A DNA stretch of 51,297 nt from a virus (taxonomy: Duplodnaviria > Caudoviricetes), in the IMG/VR virus record IMGVR_UViG_3300013111_000216, positions 1-51,297 of that record. One strand, written 5' to 3'. Position 1 is the first letter of the stretch; each line of letters begins with the position of its first letter. This document shows positions 10,667 to 20,750 of the stretch, in pieces. A model generated the notes under the pieces. That model ran no database searches. It was not told where the DNA came from and saw only the letters and a list, made by a program, of their open reading frames with translations. A program made the position numbers and the translations under genes.

Positions 10667-11503
10667 TTATCCTTTTCGTTTATGTCCTTGTGCAAGTACC
10701 GACTTAGCCAAACGACTAGCCGGTGTCTTTGGCAGATCCTTGTCCTTCCTCTTGGTTGCCCTTGAGCCATCAGGCTTCGGGTCCTTTGGATCTTTGCCGT
10801 CTTGGTTGTCAGCTTTGCGTGTCAGCCCTCGCGCGGCCCTAACACGGGTTTCAGCTTCTTCCAAGATTTTAGTCAATGTCCACTTTGGATTTTCTGCCCT
10901 GACCTTATTGGCCATCCACTCGACAAACTCCGCGTCGGGTTTGAGATCATCATTGCGGCTCCAGAAGTTATTATACTCATTCTGGACCGCAAACTGACCG
11001 GAGATAATCTTCGGTGTGACATCTTTGATGAAATCGACGACGTGTTCTCGAACGTTGTCGGCGATTGTTGGAAGGGCTCCTTCGAGATCCTTCCGAATGT
11101 AGGGGTCGACATCATCACTGAGTTCAACACCCTTCATTAGATCAATGGAAATGCCTTTCTTCTTATCCTGATCATCGTCCCCTTTTGAGGCTGACGATTT
11201 GTCGTCAGAACGAAGCTGAGCCAATTCCTCTTGCATCGCAGTCATGTCTTTCGACATTTCGTTGATTATACTCCAAGGGTCATCGCCCTTATCTTCTTTC
11301 TTCTTATCTTCGTTATTATCGTCTCCCGTTCCATTTTGTAACGCTGCTTTTTTGCTTTCATCGTCATTGTTGTTCTCGCCTTTGGCTTTATCAAAAGCCT
11401 TCGCGGCGTCTTCGTCTGACAAGTTTTTTGACACACCCTTGTCATCATCACCAGATTCATTATCTGGCTTATCATACATCTTCTGAAAGTTCAGTCTCAT
11501 CAC
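10667..11503 (-). CDS. Capsid scaffolding protein
   Basis: D/K-rich low-complexity helical protein immediately upstream of the capsid gene. Confidence 0.65.
   Translation of the reverse strand: MMRLNFQKMYDKPDNESGDDDKGVSKNLSDEDAAKAFDKAKGENNNDDESKKAALQNGTGDDNNEDKKKEDKGDDPWSIINEMSKDMTAMQEELAQLRSDDKSSASKGDDDQDKKKGISIDLMKGVELSDDVDPYIRKDLEGALPTIADNVREHVVDFIKDVTPKIISGQFAVQNEYNNFWSRNDDLKPDAEFVEWMANKVRAENPKWTLTKILEEAETRVRAARGLTRKADNQDGKDPKDPKPDGSRATKRKDKDLPKTPASRLAKSVLAQGHKRKG
11328..11342. promoter_or_regulatory. parS-like palindrome copy 2 (GTTCCA-TTT-TGTAAC), inside the scaffold CDS
   Basis: Matches consensus; encodes ALQNGT on the minus strand. Confidence 0.6.
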
Positions 11504-11831
11504 TTACCTCACTCTTCGCCTGTTCAATCTCTTGTTTAAGTTCTTGTCGCAAACTCACAGGGTATTCTATCATCTTGTTCAACCCTAACAACATACCCCG
11601 GAAGACTAGTGTTTCGTCGTGACTATCGGAGTTGATCGCCGCATCCTCAAGCAGATTTAGCCTGGTGATGTGGTAGTCATGTTCTTTAAAGAACTTCCAA
11701 ACAGCACTGTTTATGAACGAATCTATGTCACTACTGGACAGGTGATCCGCTATTCTGACTGCCCTGTTTGGCTCCTTGTAGTTCAAGTTGTCCATCAAGA
11801 TCCTTTCGCCGTGACTGCTCAACTTCTTCAT
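11472..11831 (-). CDS. Hypothetical protein between portal and scaffold
   Basis: ORF in the typical position; true start may be further downstream (MDNLNY). Confidence 0.55.
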   Translation of the reverse strand: MKKLSSHGERILMDNLNYKEPNRAVRIADHLSSSDIDSFINSAVWKFFKEHDYHITRLNLLEDAAINSDSHDETLVFRGMLLGLNKMIEYPVSLRQELKQEIEQAKSEVSDETELSEDV

Positions 11832-13704
11832 CTGTCTTCATGTAAGAAAAGACGTCTTTCATACCAGAAGACCTCAACACGTTTGCGACAATGTTCTGAA
11901 CATGGAACTGCCTGTATAGTTCAGGCTGAGTGGACAGAACTTGTAACAGCCTCATTCCAAGTTCACCCTGATCAGGTGAGGGTGAAGTAAGGTCGAGTGG
12001 AACAACATCGTAGATAGAATCTAACATCAGCGGATCAACTCGAACGGAATCTGTGTCTTGCGGAACGTTCCAGATTTTTCGAATATCGTGCTCGTGTCGT
12101 CCGCTGATTTTAATGTACTGTTCGCGAGACATATGGTATTGGGTATTAGCTCCGAACATAAATCCTAAATCTGTCAGAGTCATTAGTGCCGCCACTTTGA
12201 TAAACCTATCGATGCGGGCCGCCGACCCAGCGAACGTTCCTCTCATCTCCGTGGCTGAGACACGTTCACCTCGTTTTATCGGCATGCCCTGCATCGCTTC
12301 CGTTGCACCTGTGCCACGATACATCAGTTCGATGAGCGCATTTGCGTCCGGTACGTTGTTCCTCGTAATGTCGTTGATCTGCAGTTGGAAAATAGATTTT
12401 CGGATGTCAGATCCCCATGCATTACGACGCGTACGCACGACTTTGGCAGGGCCGGGAGCCAACAAATCAGCGAGGTTAATCCTCGACTGGTCAACCACGA
12501 TCGAGTCATCAACGGCTCTCCGGACGTTGGCGATATGGCTACTATGGTAGAAATCAACGGCCTTTTGGAGACCGAAGTTAACTTCCAAGCGGCTTATGGG
12601 AGAAGTATCGAAACCGCTGTAATCAGGTGCACAGTTCAAAACTGGGAATGTATTGTAAGGGTGTTTCACTCGCCTGGCTGAGATAATCAGTTCGTTCCCA
12701 GCCACTGCGAAGTACCAGCGTTCGGGTTTCGTCCCGTCTCCTAAGTTACGGGATTCGGGTATTACACGGACATATAAGTGCGCAACATCTACCGGGTTTG
12801 ACGCCTTCTGATAACCCGTAATAGATTGGGTGGAACCTGGGATGTGGTCGACGTCCACTTGACCCGCCACTGAATACTTTTCATGATCAGCATAGTAATC
12901 TGGCGAGCGCGCACCTGCCTCTGAGATATACTCGACATTGAAAATACCACTGTCTTCGCTGTCTTCCTTTTCTAACAACTCGTATCGGTTTGTCCTACTC
13001 ATCCACCCAACGTACTCTCCCTCATTCACTCGTTGGACAGGCACGTTAGGATCTGGTATGTAGTTGTATGGGTCTATATTGTATAACTTATTACCCTCAT
13101 AGATCATATCTTCAACAAGAGTTTTCTTATATCCAGTTGCGTTAAATTGTCCTTGCTGGTTAAATTCTCCATTTACTGTAATCTCAGGCCTGAGTCCAAA
13201 GTCTTTCTCCCATATACCCATAACTGGGGAGACGCCGTATAACAGAGCGTTTCGGAACATAACGTATACTGATAACAGATGCTTGTTTCTAATAGTTTGA
13301 TGTTTAACAATCTCTTCTAATAGAAGGGCTCCGGGTACATCCTCTGGCCCAACACCTTCATAACGATAAAGCGGAACGTCAAGAACAGACATTGAAATAT
13401 GACTGAGCAAAGTATCAAGAATCGAATAAATAACAGGAACAATGATCTCTCGCCGTGTCGGTTCATTTCGCTTCTTCCCAGTGGATACCTGCTTGGCTTC
13501 TTGGACCACAAAGTCCGTGATTGTTCTATCTATCTCTTCCCAGTCAGAATATCTCGGACGCATCGCGGACTTACCGGCTTTGATCAATCCGTTAAGCCAG
13601 TTAAGTAGTTCGCCATGTAGTGGTTGACCCGGTCTCAAATCCAAATCATGTGGATATGTATATCCGAGATCATCGCCTGTGTTTTGTAAACTCATCTTGA
13701 CCAC
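11731..13704 (-). CDS. Portal protein
   Basis: 657 aa directly after TerL; ALLYGVSPV, IDPYNYIPDP and SATEMRG features typical of podophage portals. Confidence 0.8.
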   Translation of the reverse strand: MVKMSLQNTGDDLGYTYPHDLDLRPGQPLHGELLNWLNGLIKAGKSAMRPRYSDWEEIDRTITDFVVQEAKQVSTGKKRNEPTRREIIVPVIYSILDTLLSHISMSVLDVPLYRYEGVGPEDVPGALLLEEIVKHQTIRNKHLLSVYVMFRNALLYGVSPVMGIWEKDFGLRPEITVNGEFNQQGQFNATGYKKTLVEDMIYEGNKLYNIDPYNYIPDPNVPVQRVNEGEYVGWMSRTNRYELLEKEDSEDSGIFNVEYISEAGARSPDYYADHEKYSVAGQVDVDHIPGSTQSITGYQKASNPVDVAHLYVRVIPESRNLGDGTKPERWYFAVAGNELIISARRVKHPYNTFPVLNCAPDYSGFDTSPISRLEVNFGLQKAVDFYHSSHIANVRRAVDDSIVVDQSRINLADLLAPGPAKVVRTRRNAWGSDIRKSIFQLQINDITRNNVPDANALIELMYRGTGATEAMQGMPIKRGERVSATEMRGTFAGSAARIDRFIKVAALMTLTDLGFMFGANTQYHMSREQYIKISGRHEHDIRKIWNVPQDTDSVRVDPLMLDSIYDVVPLDLTSPSPDQGELGMRLLQVLSTQPELYRQFHVQNIVANVLRSSGMKDVFSYMKTDEEVEQSRRKDLDGQLELQGAKQGSQNSGSPVQ

Positions 13705-15362
13705 CAGTTATCTGGGAGTACGCTATTGTAGTCCATCAAACTATCAAGTTCGTCTAAAGGTGAATCGTCATCTTCAAACGTTGGGAGAGGATCTTCTTCG
13801 ATCATGTCGTAGATTCGGTTAATATCTACACCAGCTTGTTCGAAGTACATATCCCCTTCGTCAAGAACCTTTATGATATTTGCCAGAGCGTCAGCAATAT
13901 CCTTCTTTTGCCGGGCGTTAGAGAACGTGATCAATTGGAGTTCAAGTTCTTCTGTAACTGCTCTGTTGTGTTTAATCTGACCTCTACGGTAGAAGTCAAC
14001 CATCTGACCCACGCGCTCAGGCTTCCCGCGTGTCGCGTGAATTGGCATAAACGGTAGATCAACCCCACTCATATTTATAGCATTCTTGAATGGGTATGAG
14101 ATGAACTCCTCCAACCCCGAGACTTCACAGGCGATTATATGGCAGTTGTTAACCCTCGCCATTCTTATCGCATTGTCGTAGAGTTCGTCTGGATGCCAGA
14201 ATCCATGATTTACGTCCACGACGTGGATCTCAGGCACGGTGATATCCAGCTTTACCGCCACACAAGCAGATTCCGCCGTGTGGAATTTCACATTCTCCCG
14301 GCCTGTCTTAGCCGGGTCAACCAACACTGCACCGAGCCACTTCTTGGAGCGTTGATGGTCTTTTTTATCCATCGTCTTGAAATACTCCGGCTTGAACATA
14401 GCGTCTTCAGTAGACATAGGCTTGTTCAAATACTCACGGTAGAACTCGTCTAGATGGTTTGGCGCAAACTCCTCTTCTTTCATCTTGCGTATATCTTCTG
14501 TGGACATATAATCTGGCCACATAGATTCCATCTTGTCGTTAGCCAGCGGGAAGTCCACCACCTTGACGAACGGTTTCTCCATTAGTTCCGAGAGAAGTGT
14601 GTTCTGGCCCAGCATGGTACCAACGCCAAATATTTTCCAGTCTTTAATCTCACCAGGAGCATATTTCTTAGATCCCCTATCCACCAAGTTTTTAACAGAG
14701 GACATAAATCTCGACTTGACACGTTCCGTACGAGTCGGAGATTCAGCTTGGAGGTCTTTTTCGAGGTCGTCGAAGAAAATGATGTCCGGTCTGATGGCGA
14801 TGTCTCCGTCGACAATGTTCAGTCCTCGTATAGATTGCTCAGCGCCTTTAGGCACTACGTAGGTTGAATGGTTGGCGTTCGGTACTTTGACACGCCAGAA
14901 GTGTTTGGTATCTCGGGTTGATTTATCTTCTGGTTTTAGTGAATCGAAAAAGTGTTTTATAAATGGGCTGTCTAGTAACATAGATTTTAGGTTAGTAGAC
15001 TGTTGGATTGCCTGTTCTTCGTTAGCACCCAGCATTACGACAAACCTAGTGTCGCCAAATAGTATCTGTTTCACCAACCAGCCACGGAATAGTGATGTCT
15101 TCCCACTACCACGAAATGCAACTGTTAGACCAAACTTAGTCCATCCGTTGTCCAACATATCGAAGATCTCATAGTGTTTTTCACAGAACGGTCGGAAGAA
15201 CATATCTGGAAAAGCACACTTGAGAAACAACGCAGTGTTACGATAGCACTTCAACCAAAAGTCGTCGAAGTCGCCAAAGTTAATCAAATCCTGCGCTTCT
15301 TGTTCTAGTTTAAGATCGTGTTCCATAGAGTATTGATCCTTGGAAGCCATAGTTCTTAGCAT
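13692..15362 (-). CDS. terL: Terminase large subunit
   Basis: Walker A AFRGSGKTS, Walker B IIFFDDLE, nuclease motifs VLVDPA and DIADALA. Confidence 0.9.
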   Translation of the reverse strand: MLRTMASKDQYSMEHDLKLEQEAQDLINFGDFDDFWLKCYRNTALFLKCAFPDMFFRPFCEKHYEIFDMLDNGWTKFGLTVAFRGSGKTSLFRGWLVKQILFGDTRFVVMLGANEEQAIQQSTNLKSMLLDSPFIKHFFDSLKPEDKSTRDTKHFWRVKVPNANHSTYVVPKGAEQSIRGLNIVDGDIAIRPDIIFFDDLEKDLQAESPTRTERVKSRFMSSVKNLVDRGSKKYAPGEIKDWKIFGVGTMLGQNTLLSELMEKPFVKVVDFPLANDKMESMWPDYMSTEDIRKMKEEEFAPNHLDEFYREYLNKPMSTEDAMFKPEYFKTMDKKDHQRSKKWLGAVLVDPAKTGRENVKFHTAESACVAVKLDITVPEIHVVDVNHGFWHPDELYDNAIRMARVNNCHIIACEVSGLEEFISYPFKNAINMSGVDLPFMPIHATRGKPERVGQMVDFYRRGQIKHNRAVTEELELQLITFSNARQKKDIADALANIIKVLDEGDMYFEQAGVDINRIYDMIEEDPLPTFEDDDSPLDELDSLMDYNSVLPDNWWSR

Positions 15363-17085
15363 TAGTCCCGTCGACGCCTAATCTCACTCGGTATATCGTT
15401 CCAGCAGTTAGACCAGATACTGTGACCGCGGCACTATAGAAACCAACACCTCCATCGAGGGCCGTAGTATCACTTAGTTCTTTTACTAAATCCGACTTGC
15501 CCCAAACCTCAAGGTAGAGCTCACCCAACGCGTCGCCAAGAGTAGCGGCGTAGGTGTCCAGAGTTAGTGTCGCAAACTTTCCATCATGGACATAGGTGAA
15601 CCAATACCAGTATATTAGAGCACCTGTGTTAGCAACAGTTCGTAGTGTGCCAGTACCAGCGGCACCAGTTACGTCCATATCCTCGTCGGTCCAAACCATC
15701 TCGTATTGCGGAGTACGGTTGATTACAGTTGCAGGGGTTATTGTATTGACTGTATCGGACAGAGTCGCGAGACACTCCCCTGTCGCCGCAAATCCTGACC
15801 CCGCCGCAATGTTGGTTAGCTGAGTATTCTTAGCTGTTGTTAAGTGTTTATAGTCCGCTCCATCTGCGCAGACAGCTTGGAAATCGTTTAAGTCTCCTGT
15901 AACTGAAATCCCTGCGTCAGTTAGGTCGATACTAATACAATCTCCACCAGAGTTGATCGCGTTGGAGACGTCCGCAGCGGTTGTAGAAGACCCTGTACCG
16001 ATCACCGAAGCGTCGAGAAGTTCCCCTGAGGCGTTAAACAAAGCAGTACCGCCAGAGTCTTCAACAGTCTCAGCAGCGACACTGTCGATAGTTCCTTTTA
16101 TAATCTTAGTAGCCTCCGCCGAGGCGTTTGCCTTTGCTAAGATATTGGTGTAGGTAACTAACTCCTTACTGATTATCTTAGCCGCAGATAGGCCATTTTC
16201 AACTTGGTTCAACGCACTGTAGTTTTCCACGTTACCGAGGTCGAGGTAGCCTTTAACAGTAGCTTTTTCTCCTGACACTGTTTCGTGTGTACCAGATATC
16301 AAAATCGTATCAGTGCCGTCGAGAGTACTAACTGCTCCACCAACTGAGGCGTCCAGCTTAGATTTCTCACTTGAAGATAAGCGAGCGTCTACTTTGGCTT
16401 GTGACCCAGTTACGTCCTCAATAGTATCCGCACCAACGTCGTTGGTTATCTTCGTGTTGGCAGTATCCCCGTTGGTGGCATATGTCTCGATTGTCGCAAT
16501 CGTAGTAGCACCGTCTACCTGTGCAGTGCTTTGGATTCCAGTAGCTTCGAGATGCGACGTAGCGTAGCCAACAGAAGTCCGTTCCGCCGCAGTCATGATT
16601 TTAGCATCAGCGGCTTCTGCGCACTCACTAAGATACATGTTGGTGTCGTCGAAGATACGACCTTCAAAGTCTGCGTCGATGCAACATGTTGCAATTGTAT
16701 CGTCAGGGATATCAGTAGCTTGGATCTTCAGTATATCTGCGGCAACATTATCGGACACCGTGTTAGATGTCCCCGAAGCGTTTTCAGCGTACACCTCGAT
16801 CTGAATAGTCGGTGTCGCACCTTGGGCATCGGTCTCAGTATCGGTCATAATAACCCGGGCTTGAGACAAGTCGGTACGTACCCAACTAGACCAAGACTCA
16901 GATCCCACCTTCGTCCGGTATTTGTACCACTGCGGGCGATCTACAGTGACGTTATCCCACCTGAATAACGCACCACGCACAGTCCCCACGGAGGTGGCCA
17001 AAACAGGATCGCTTGGAGCTCCTGATGTACCAGACCACACAGCGTCGTGGATCTCGACAAAATAAGCATCGTTCATCTCAGACAT
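15310..17085 (-). CDS. Putative tail fibre/virion protein with an FN3-like N-terminus
   Basis: Ala/Thr/Asp/Gly-rich; N-terminal W..V...YKYR..W..W..IEVYAEN Ig/FN3-like pattern. Confidence 0.5.
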   Translation of the reverse strand: MSEMNDAYFVEIHDAVWSGTSGAPSDPVLATSVGTVRGALFRWDNVTVDRPQWYKYRTKVGSESWSSWVRTDLSQARVIMTDTETDAQGATPTIQIEVYAENASGTSNTVSDNVAADILKIQATDIPDDTIATCCIDADFEGRIFDDTNMYLSECAEAADAKIMTAAERTSVGYATSHLEATGIQSTAQVDGATTIATIETYATNGDTANTKITNDVGADTIEDVTGSQAKVDARLSSSEKSKLDASVGGAVSTLDGTDTILISGTHETVSGEKATVKGYLDLGNVENYSALNQVENGLSAAKIISKELVTYTNILAKANASAEATKIIKGTIDSVAAETVEDSGGTALFNASGELLDASVIGTGSSTTAADVSNAINSGGDCISIDLTDAGISVTGDLNDFQAVCADGADYKHLTTAKNTQLTNIAAGSGFAATGECLATLSDTVNTITPATVINRTPQYEMVWTDEDMDVTGAAGTGTLRTVANTGALIYWYWFTYVHDGKFATLTLDTYAATLGDALGELYLEVWGKSDLVKELSDTTALDGGVGFYSAAVTVSGLTAGTIYRVRLGVDGTNAKNYGFQGSILYGTRS

Positions 17086-17455
17086 CGGTTACCTCTTTAT
17101 CAAGCGTAATGATCCCGCGTAGTATCCTGTAGATGTTATCACTAGAGTCATAAACCTCTAGATTGTAATAAGCTTTGTTGAAATCATAAGCTGCGGTCAC
17201 AGTCCCGTCGAGAGTGATATAGATGTCACCATTGGTCTTCGGGGCTGGAATAGAGATTAGCGTCGCATCGTCAACGGTGTTAAACTCGATCTGCGCCGTA
17301 GTGGAGTCCTTCCTCACTCGGGCAACCAAACGCGCGTTGTAATCTGTCAGGTCGATACTGGAACGTGCTCGATCGCGAATCTTAATGATCTTGTTCCAGG
17401 AAGCCCCCTGAGTGATTACTAAATTAGTCCTCGTTCCCCTCATCTTCCGTTCCAT
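17078..17455 (-). CDS. Small beta-sandwich virion protein
   Basis: QGASW..IDLTDY..YYNLEV..RILRG pattern common in phage Ig-like structural proteins. Confidence 0.5.
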   Translation of the reverse strand: MERKMRGTRTNLVITQGASWNKIIKIRDRARSSIDLTDYNARLVARVRKDSTTAQIEFNTVDDATLISIPAPKTNGDIYITLDGTVTAAYDFNKAYYNLEVYDSSDNIYRILRGIITLDKEVTDV

Positions 17456-18065
17456 TCTGTAACGCTAGTTGTTGTGCTCGTTCTTCGTCGTATCTCCTGG
17501 CGCGATCTTTGATCACGTCCATGTAATCTGCGTCGATTTTATTCGTGTTGTCGTTAATGTTGATGTTTTTATCAACTGTATGTCCACTTCTGTCCAGTAT
17601 CTTATCAGCGATAGAGGATCTCAGGCGAGGTTCTGTACTCTCATCACGCATTAAAGTCTCAAGAACCTCTAACGCTTCCGGAGTAAGTTGCCGAATACGC
17701 TCCCTGACGTCTGCAACGTCGGCGTCTGCGGCCCCGTTGAGCCACCTAACCTCCTCTTTCACCATCGGGAGACCTAAAATCCTGGAGACTGTTCCCTCGT
17801 GGAGGTTCATAATAGCGGCGATATCACGATTTTTTACCCCAAGAACATGATAACGTGCTATTTCCCGATGACGTGAATGTAGACGACTAATAGCATAGCT
17901 ATCAGGGGAGTCATTCATCGGGAGGGTCTCTTCCCGCTGATTGTGAAACTCCGGTTCTGGCCGAGATTGACCATTCCCAAAGTGATCTTCTAGAAAATTA
18001 CCGTTGTCGTTCATGAAGTTCTTCCTGCTAGACTCCTGATATAGTCCATTTCTAGATTTGGACAA
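17424..18065 (-). CDS. HTH protein, candidate terminase small subunit
   Basis: HTH KNRDIAAIMNLHEGTVSRIL plus ALEVLETLM..RSSIADKILDRSG, a TerS-like pattern; start probably 18014. Confidence 0.55.
   Translation of the reverse strand: MSKSRNGLYQESSRKNFMNDNGNFLEDHFGNGQSRPEPEFHNQREETLPMNDSPDSYAISRLHSRHREIARYHVLGVKNRDIAAIMNLHEGTVSRILGLPMVKEEVRWLNGAADADVADVRERIRQLTPEALEVLETLMRDESTEPRLRSSIADKILDRSGHTVDKNININDNTNKIDADYMDVIKDRARRYDEERAQQLALQNGTEDEGNED
17449..17463. promoter_or_regulatory. parS-like palindrome copy 3 (GTTCCA-TTC-TGTAAC), inside CDS
   Basis: Matches consensus; encodes ALQNGT on the minus strand. Confidence 0.6.
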
Positions 18066-18478
18066 GTTTTCTTCTTGTCAAGCTCATAATGTCCGTGAAT
18101 TGCAACCGCTTTGTGAAGATGATTGTGTTCTAGCTCCCAGATTAGGCGCAAAAGAGCATCGATTTGCTTCCCTGTGAAGTTTTTCTTGCCAATCAAGCAG
18201 ATTCCGATAGATTTCCCGTTGAATCCGGCCACATGTGCGCCTACTTCTAGTAATTCCCGCGAGCCAGAGCTAACATTCCCGTCGTTTTCCACCCTAGGTT
18301 GGCGATCTGCATAGGAATTCTGCGTTGGGTAGCAGTTTTCAATCACGTAGTGATACCCAATCTCGCTCCAACCCTTCTCACGATGCCAATCGTCGATAAT
18401 CTCTGCGTTTCCCCACTCAGAATCTGAGCAATGAACAACGATTGAGTCTATCTCTGCTAGCATTCTTATCTTAGCCAT
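18011..18478 (-). CDS. N-acetylmuramoyl-L-alanine amidase endolysin (Amidase_2, T7 lysozyme-like)
   Basis: IVVHCS, IGYHYVI, GAHVAGFN, SIGICLIG, HGHYE, KTCP motifs. Confidence 0.9.
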   Translation of the reverse strand: MAKIRMLAEIDSIVVHCSDSEWGNAEIIDDWHREKGWSEIGYHYVIENCYPTQNSYADRQPRVENDGNVSSGSRELLEVGAHVAGFNGKSIGICLIGKKNFTGKQIDALLRLIWELEHNHLHKAVAIHGHYELDKKKTCPNLEMDYIRSLAGRTS

Positions 18479-18479
18479 G

Positions 18480-18992
18480 TCAACCTCCGAAGATTCCAGC
18501 AGGCTTCTGGAGGATATCAGTGATTTTATTCGGCCCTTTGACCTTCTCAACTGATCTTCCTATCGCCCAGGAGCCAGTTATGCCTCCCCATGCGGTATAG
18601 AAGAATCCCGACAGTGCTGGTGGGTCCTTCATCATAGTTAAGATTTCGTCGGGAATGCTTTCCCCGCTAAGGAGTAGGAATTGAAGAACCCATGGCAGCA
18701 CTATCTCGTTCAATATCATCATACCGAGACCTACATAGACCACAGTTGGCCTAGCACGCTTGGTATAGAGATCACCTTGGTTCAACTCTGCTACGAGTAC
18801 ATCCTTCTTGGCATTCATTTCAGTTTCGAGAGCATTCAAGTTTGCCATACGATCTGCTTGGAGAACCTTCTCCAATTCTAACTTCGCGGCAGATTTCTCC
18901 TCATCGGAAGTATGCAGATTGTCAATGACGTTGCTGACAGTGCTAACCAGCGGTTGCAAACTTCCCGAAAATATGTCACTTATAAAAGACAT
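18480..18992 (-). CDS. Holin (3TM/GTA-holin-like)
   Basis: TSDEEK coiled coil, RARP followed by transmembrane segments, GRSVEK ending; adjacent to the endolysin. Confidence 0.7.
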   Translation of the reverse strand: MSFISDIFSGSLQPLVSTVSNVIDNLHTSDEEKSAAKLELEKVLQADRMANLNALETEMNAKKDVLVAELNQGDLYTKRARPTVVYVGLGMMILNEIVLPWVLQFLLLSGESIPDEILTMMKDPPALSGFFYTAWGGITGSWAIGRSVEKVKGPNKITDILQKPAGIFGG

Positions 18993-19007
18993 AGATGACT
19001 CCTAACA

Positions 19008-19277
19008 TCATGGGAGGATACTGGAGATTTTTTGAAAAAAGTCCCAAAGGTCTAAGTCTGGGAACATCGCGTGGATGATTATGAGTGCGAAGGCAATCCA
19101 GGCGATTTTTTCTATCCTCGATACTCTCTTGTTGTTTTTGTCAATCTCTTCACCGTGTGCATCTTCCATTCGCTCGGTAGCGTCTGTTAGTTTACCGAGG
19201 ACGTAGTATACGTTTGTTATCTCAGTGTCAGAGAGCCTACGATCTCTTGGTACTCTATCCCGATTCACGAGGTTCAC
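19008..19277 (-). CDS. Small membrane protein (lysis accessory)
   Basis: Coiled coil followed by a single transmembrane segment. Confidence 0.5.
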   Translation of the reverse strand: MNLVNRDRVPRDRRLSDTEITNVYYVLGKLTDATERMEDAHGEEIDKNNKRVSRIEKIAWIAFALIIIHAMFPDLDLWDFFQKISSILP

Positions 19278-19692
19278 CCATGAGCGACTCTGCGGGGATC
19301 AAGACTGCAATTGTCCGACATGGGTGGCTAAGAGCTGTGCCCTTATGAACATGCTTGGCATTTACTGTGTAGGAATCCCCGGGGCCGAGAACTACTTTTT
19401 CTTCATTCAGCATTTCTATTTGCAGTCTGCCTTCAACCTGGATGAATATTTCCATTGAAGTATGCCCGTGCATAGGAGTTTCAGTTCCAATCGCATCCCA
19501 CGTGCTTAGTAAGATATCACAGTTCCACCCCGGTGGACGTACCTGTTGTATCGCAACATCTTCATATGGTGAAGACCTTTTCAACTGACGGAAGTATGGG
19601 GTCGAGTTTGTTACTCGCCTCTCCGCGATGTTCTTGATTTCTTTGAAGTCTTTTCGAAACTGCTTTACTTCTGGACGCTCACGAAAAGTCAT
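19255..19692 (-). CDS. Cupin-domain protein
   Basis: PMHGH..EIFIQVEG and LGPGDSYTV.AKHVH cupin motifs. Confidence 0.8.
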   Translation of the reverse strand: MTFRERPEVKQFRKDFKEIKNIAERRVTNSTPYFRQLKRSSPYEDVAIQQVRPPGWNCDILLSTWDAIGTETPMHGHTSMEIFIQVEGRLQIEMLNEEKVVLGPGDSYTVNAKHVHKGTALSHPCRTIAVLIPAESLMGEPRESG

Positions 19693-19701
19693 ACCGTCCC
19701 C

Positions 19702-19995
19702 CTATTCTTCTTCCAGCGGCACAGGATCATCGGGGTCTTTATCGGTTGTATTAGTGTATCCCATTGCCTGATTCTTGGTCAGATTAGTCCCATACTTTTT
19801 GGTTCCACTGAGGTTCATCAAAGCGGTTTCGACACCGAAAGATAGTTGGCCCGGATGGAAACAGGCGATGTAGTAGGTGATCTGACCTGTATCTTTGTCA
19901 AAGAGCGGAGTAGTTAGATCAAACCCTGTCGCAGCTCGGGCAGGTGTTATCTTGTTTTCAGGAACAAGTATGTTGATTCTATCTAGAGCACTCAT
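19702..19995 (-). CDS. Hypothetical protein
   Basis: ORF translationally coupled to the upstream gene. Confidence 0.5.
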   Translation of the reverse strand: MSALDRINILVPENKITPARAATGFDLTTPLFDKDTGQITYYIACFHPGQLSFGVETALMNLSGTKKYGTNLTKNQAMGYTNTTDKDPDDPVPLEEE

Positions 19996-20750
19996 GATCT
20001 GTTCTCCGCCATCCAAGTTGCGACCGAAGACATTTGTGGTGCAGAGTGCATTATGTTGTCGTAGACGAGAAATAAAGCTACTTTGTATCCAACGTATGTA
20101 CCCGGTACCCCTGCGTAGTCACCCAGGCGATTGAAAGAGAATGTGTTATTAGCTGGGACGACTAAATCTATACAAGTTACCGTCCCGTCCTCAGCACCGT
20201 ACATTCTACCAACTGATTCATCATACCCTATAGTTTGGACGTGCCAAGCGTTCTCTGTCCATGGTACAGCCCCGTAGGGTGCGTCGACGAGCATGGAGTT
20301 GACCCCGCCTGCCCTGTTGCGAACTTCCCCGCCGACGTTTGAAGTGTCATAATCATTGTTGGCTAGGGTAGAAGCGAACATACCGCCCTTGCCGGTGTTA
20401 ATAGACAGGAGGCGATACAAGGTGTAATTGTCCCCAGATGTCGCTACAGTACCGCTTCCGGTTAGATAGTCGTCGGCTTCATCAAAGACAGCGAGATTGG
20501 AAACGTCCCACGTTGGAGTGGTTGGATCACCCGCCCCTTGTGATGTCCAAGAGACTGAACCAACCCTCGGCTGGACAGACAAGATCTCGTTACCCGCCGC
20601 CCCACCAAGTGTGAGAAACTGCTTGGAACGGAAATCTAGCGCGTAGACAAGATTGTCCTGTATCGGCGGGGGCCACGCAGGAGCACCGCGTCCACGCTCT
20701 CCCCACATAGAGTGCCGGCGTCTTCGTGCGATTACGTCTAACATGCTCAT
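19992..20750 (-). CDS. Putative LamG/ConA-like virion protein
   Basis: FDEADDYL, WHVQT and VALFLVYD pattern of LamG-like phage proteins. Confidence 0.45.
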   Translation of the reverse strand: MSMLDVIARRRRHSMWGERGRGAPAWPPPIQDNLVYALDFRSKQFLTLGGAAGNEILSVQPRVGSVSWTSQGAGDPTTPTWDVSNLAVFDEADDYLTGSGTVATSGDNYTLYRLLSINTGKGGMFASTLANNDYDTSNVGGEVRNRAGGVNSMLVDAPYGAVPWTENAWHVQTIGYDESVGRMYGAEDGTVTCIDLVVPANNTFSFNRLGDYAGVPGTYVGYKVALFLVYDNIMHSAPQMSSVATWMAENRS

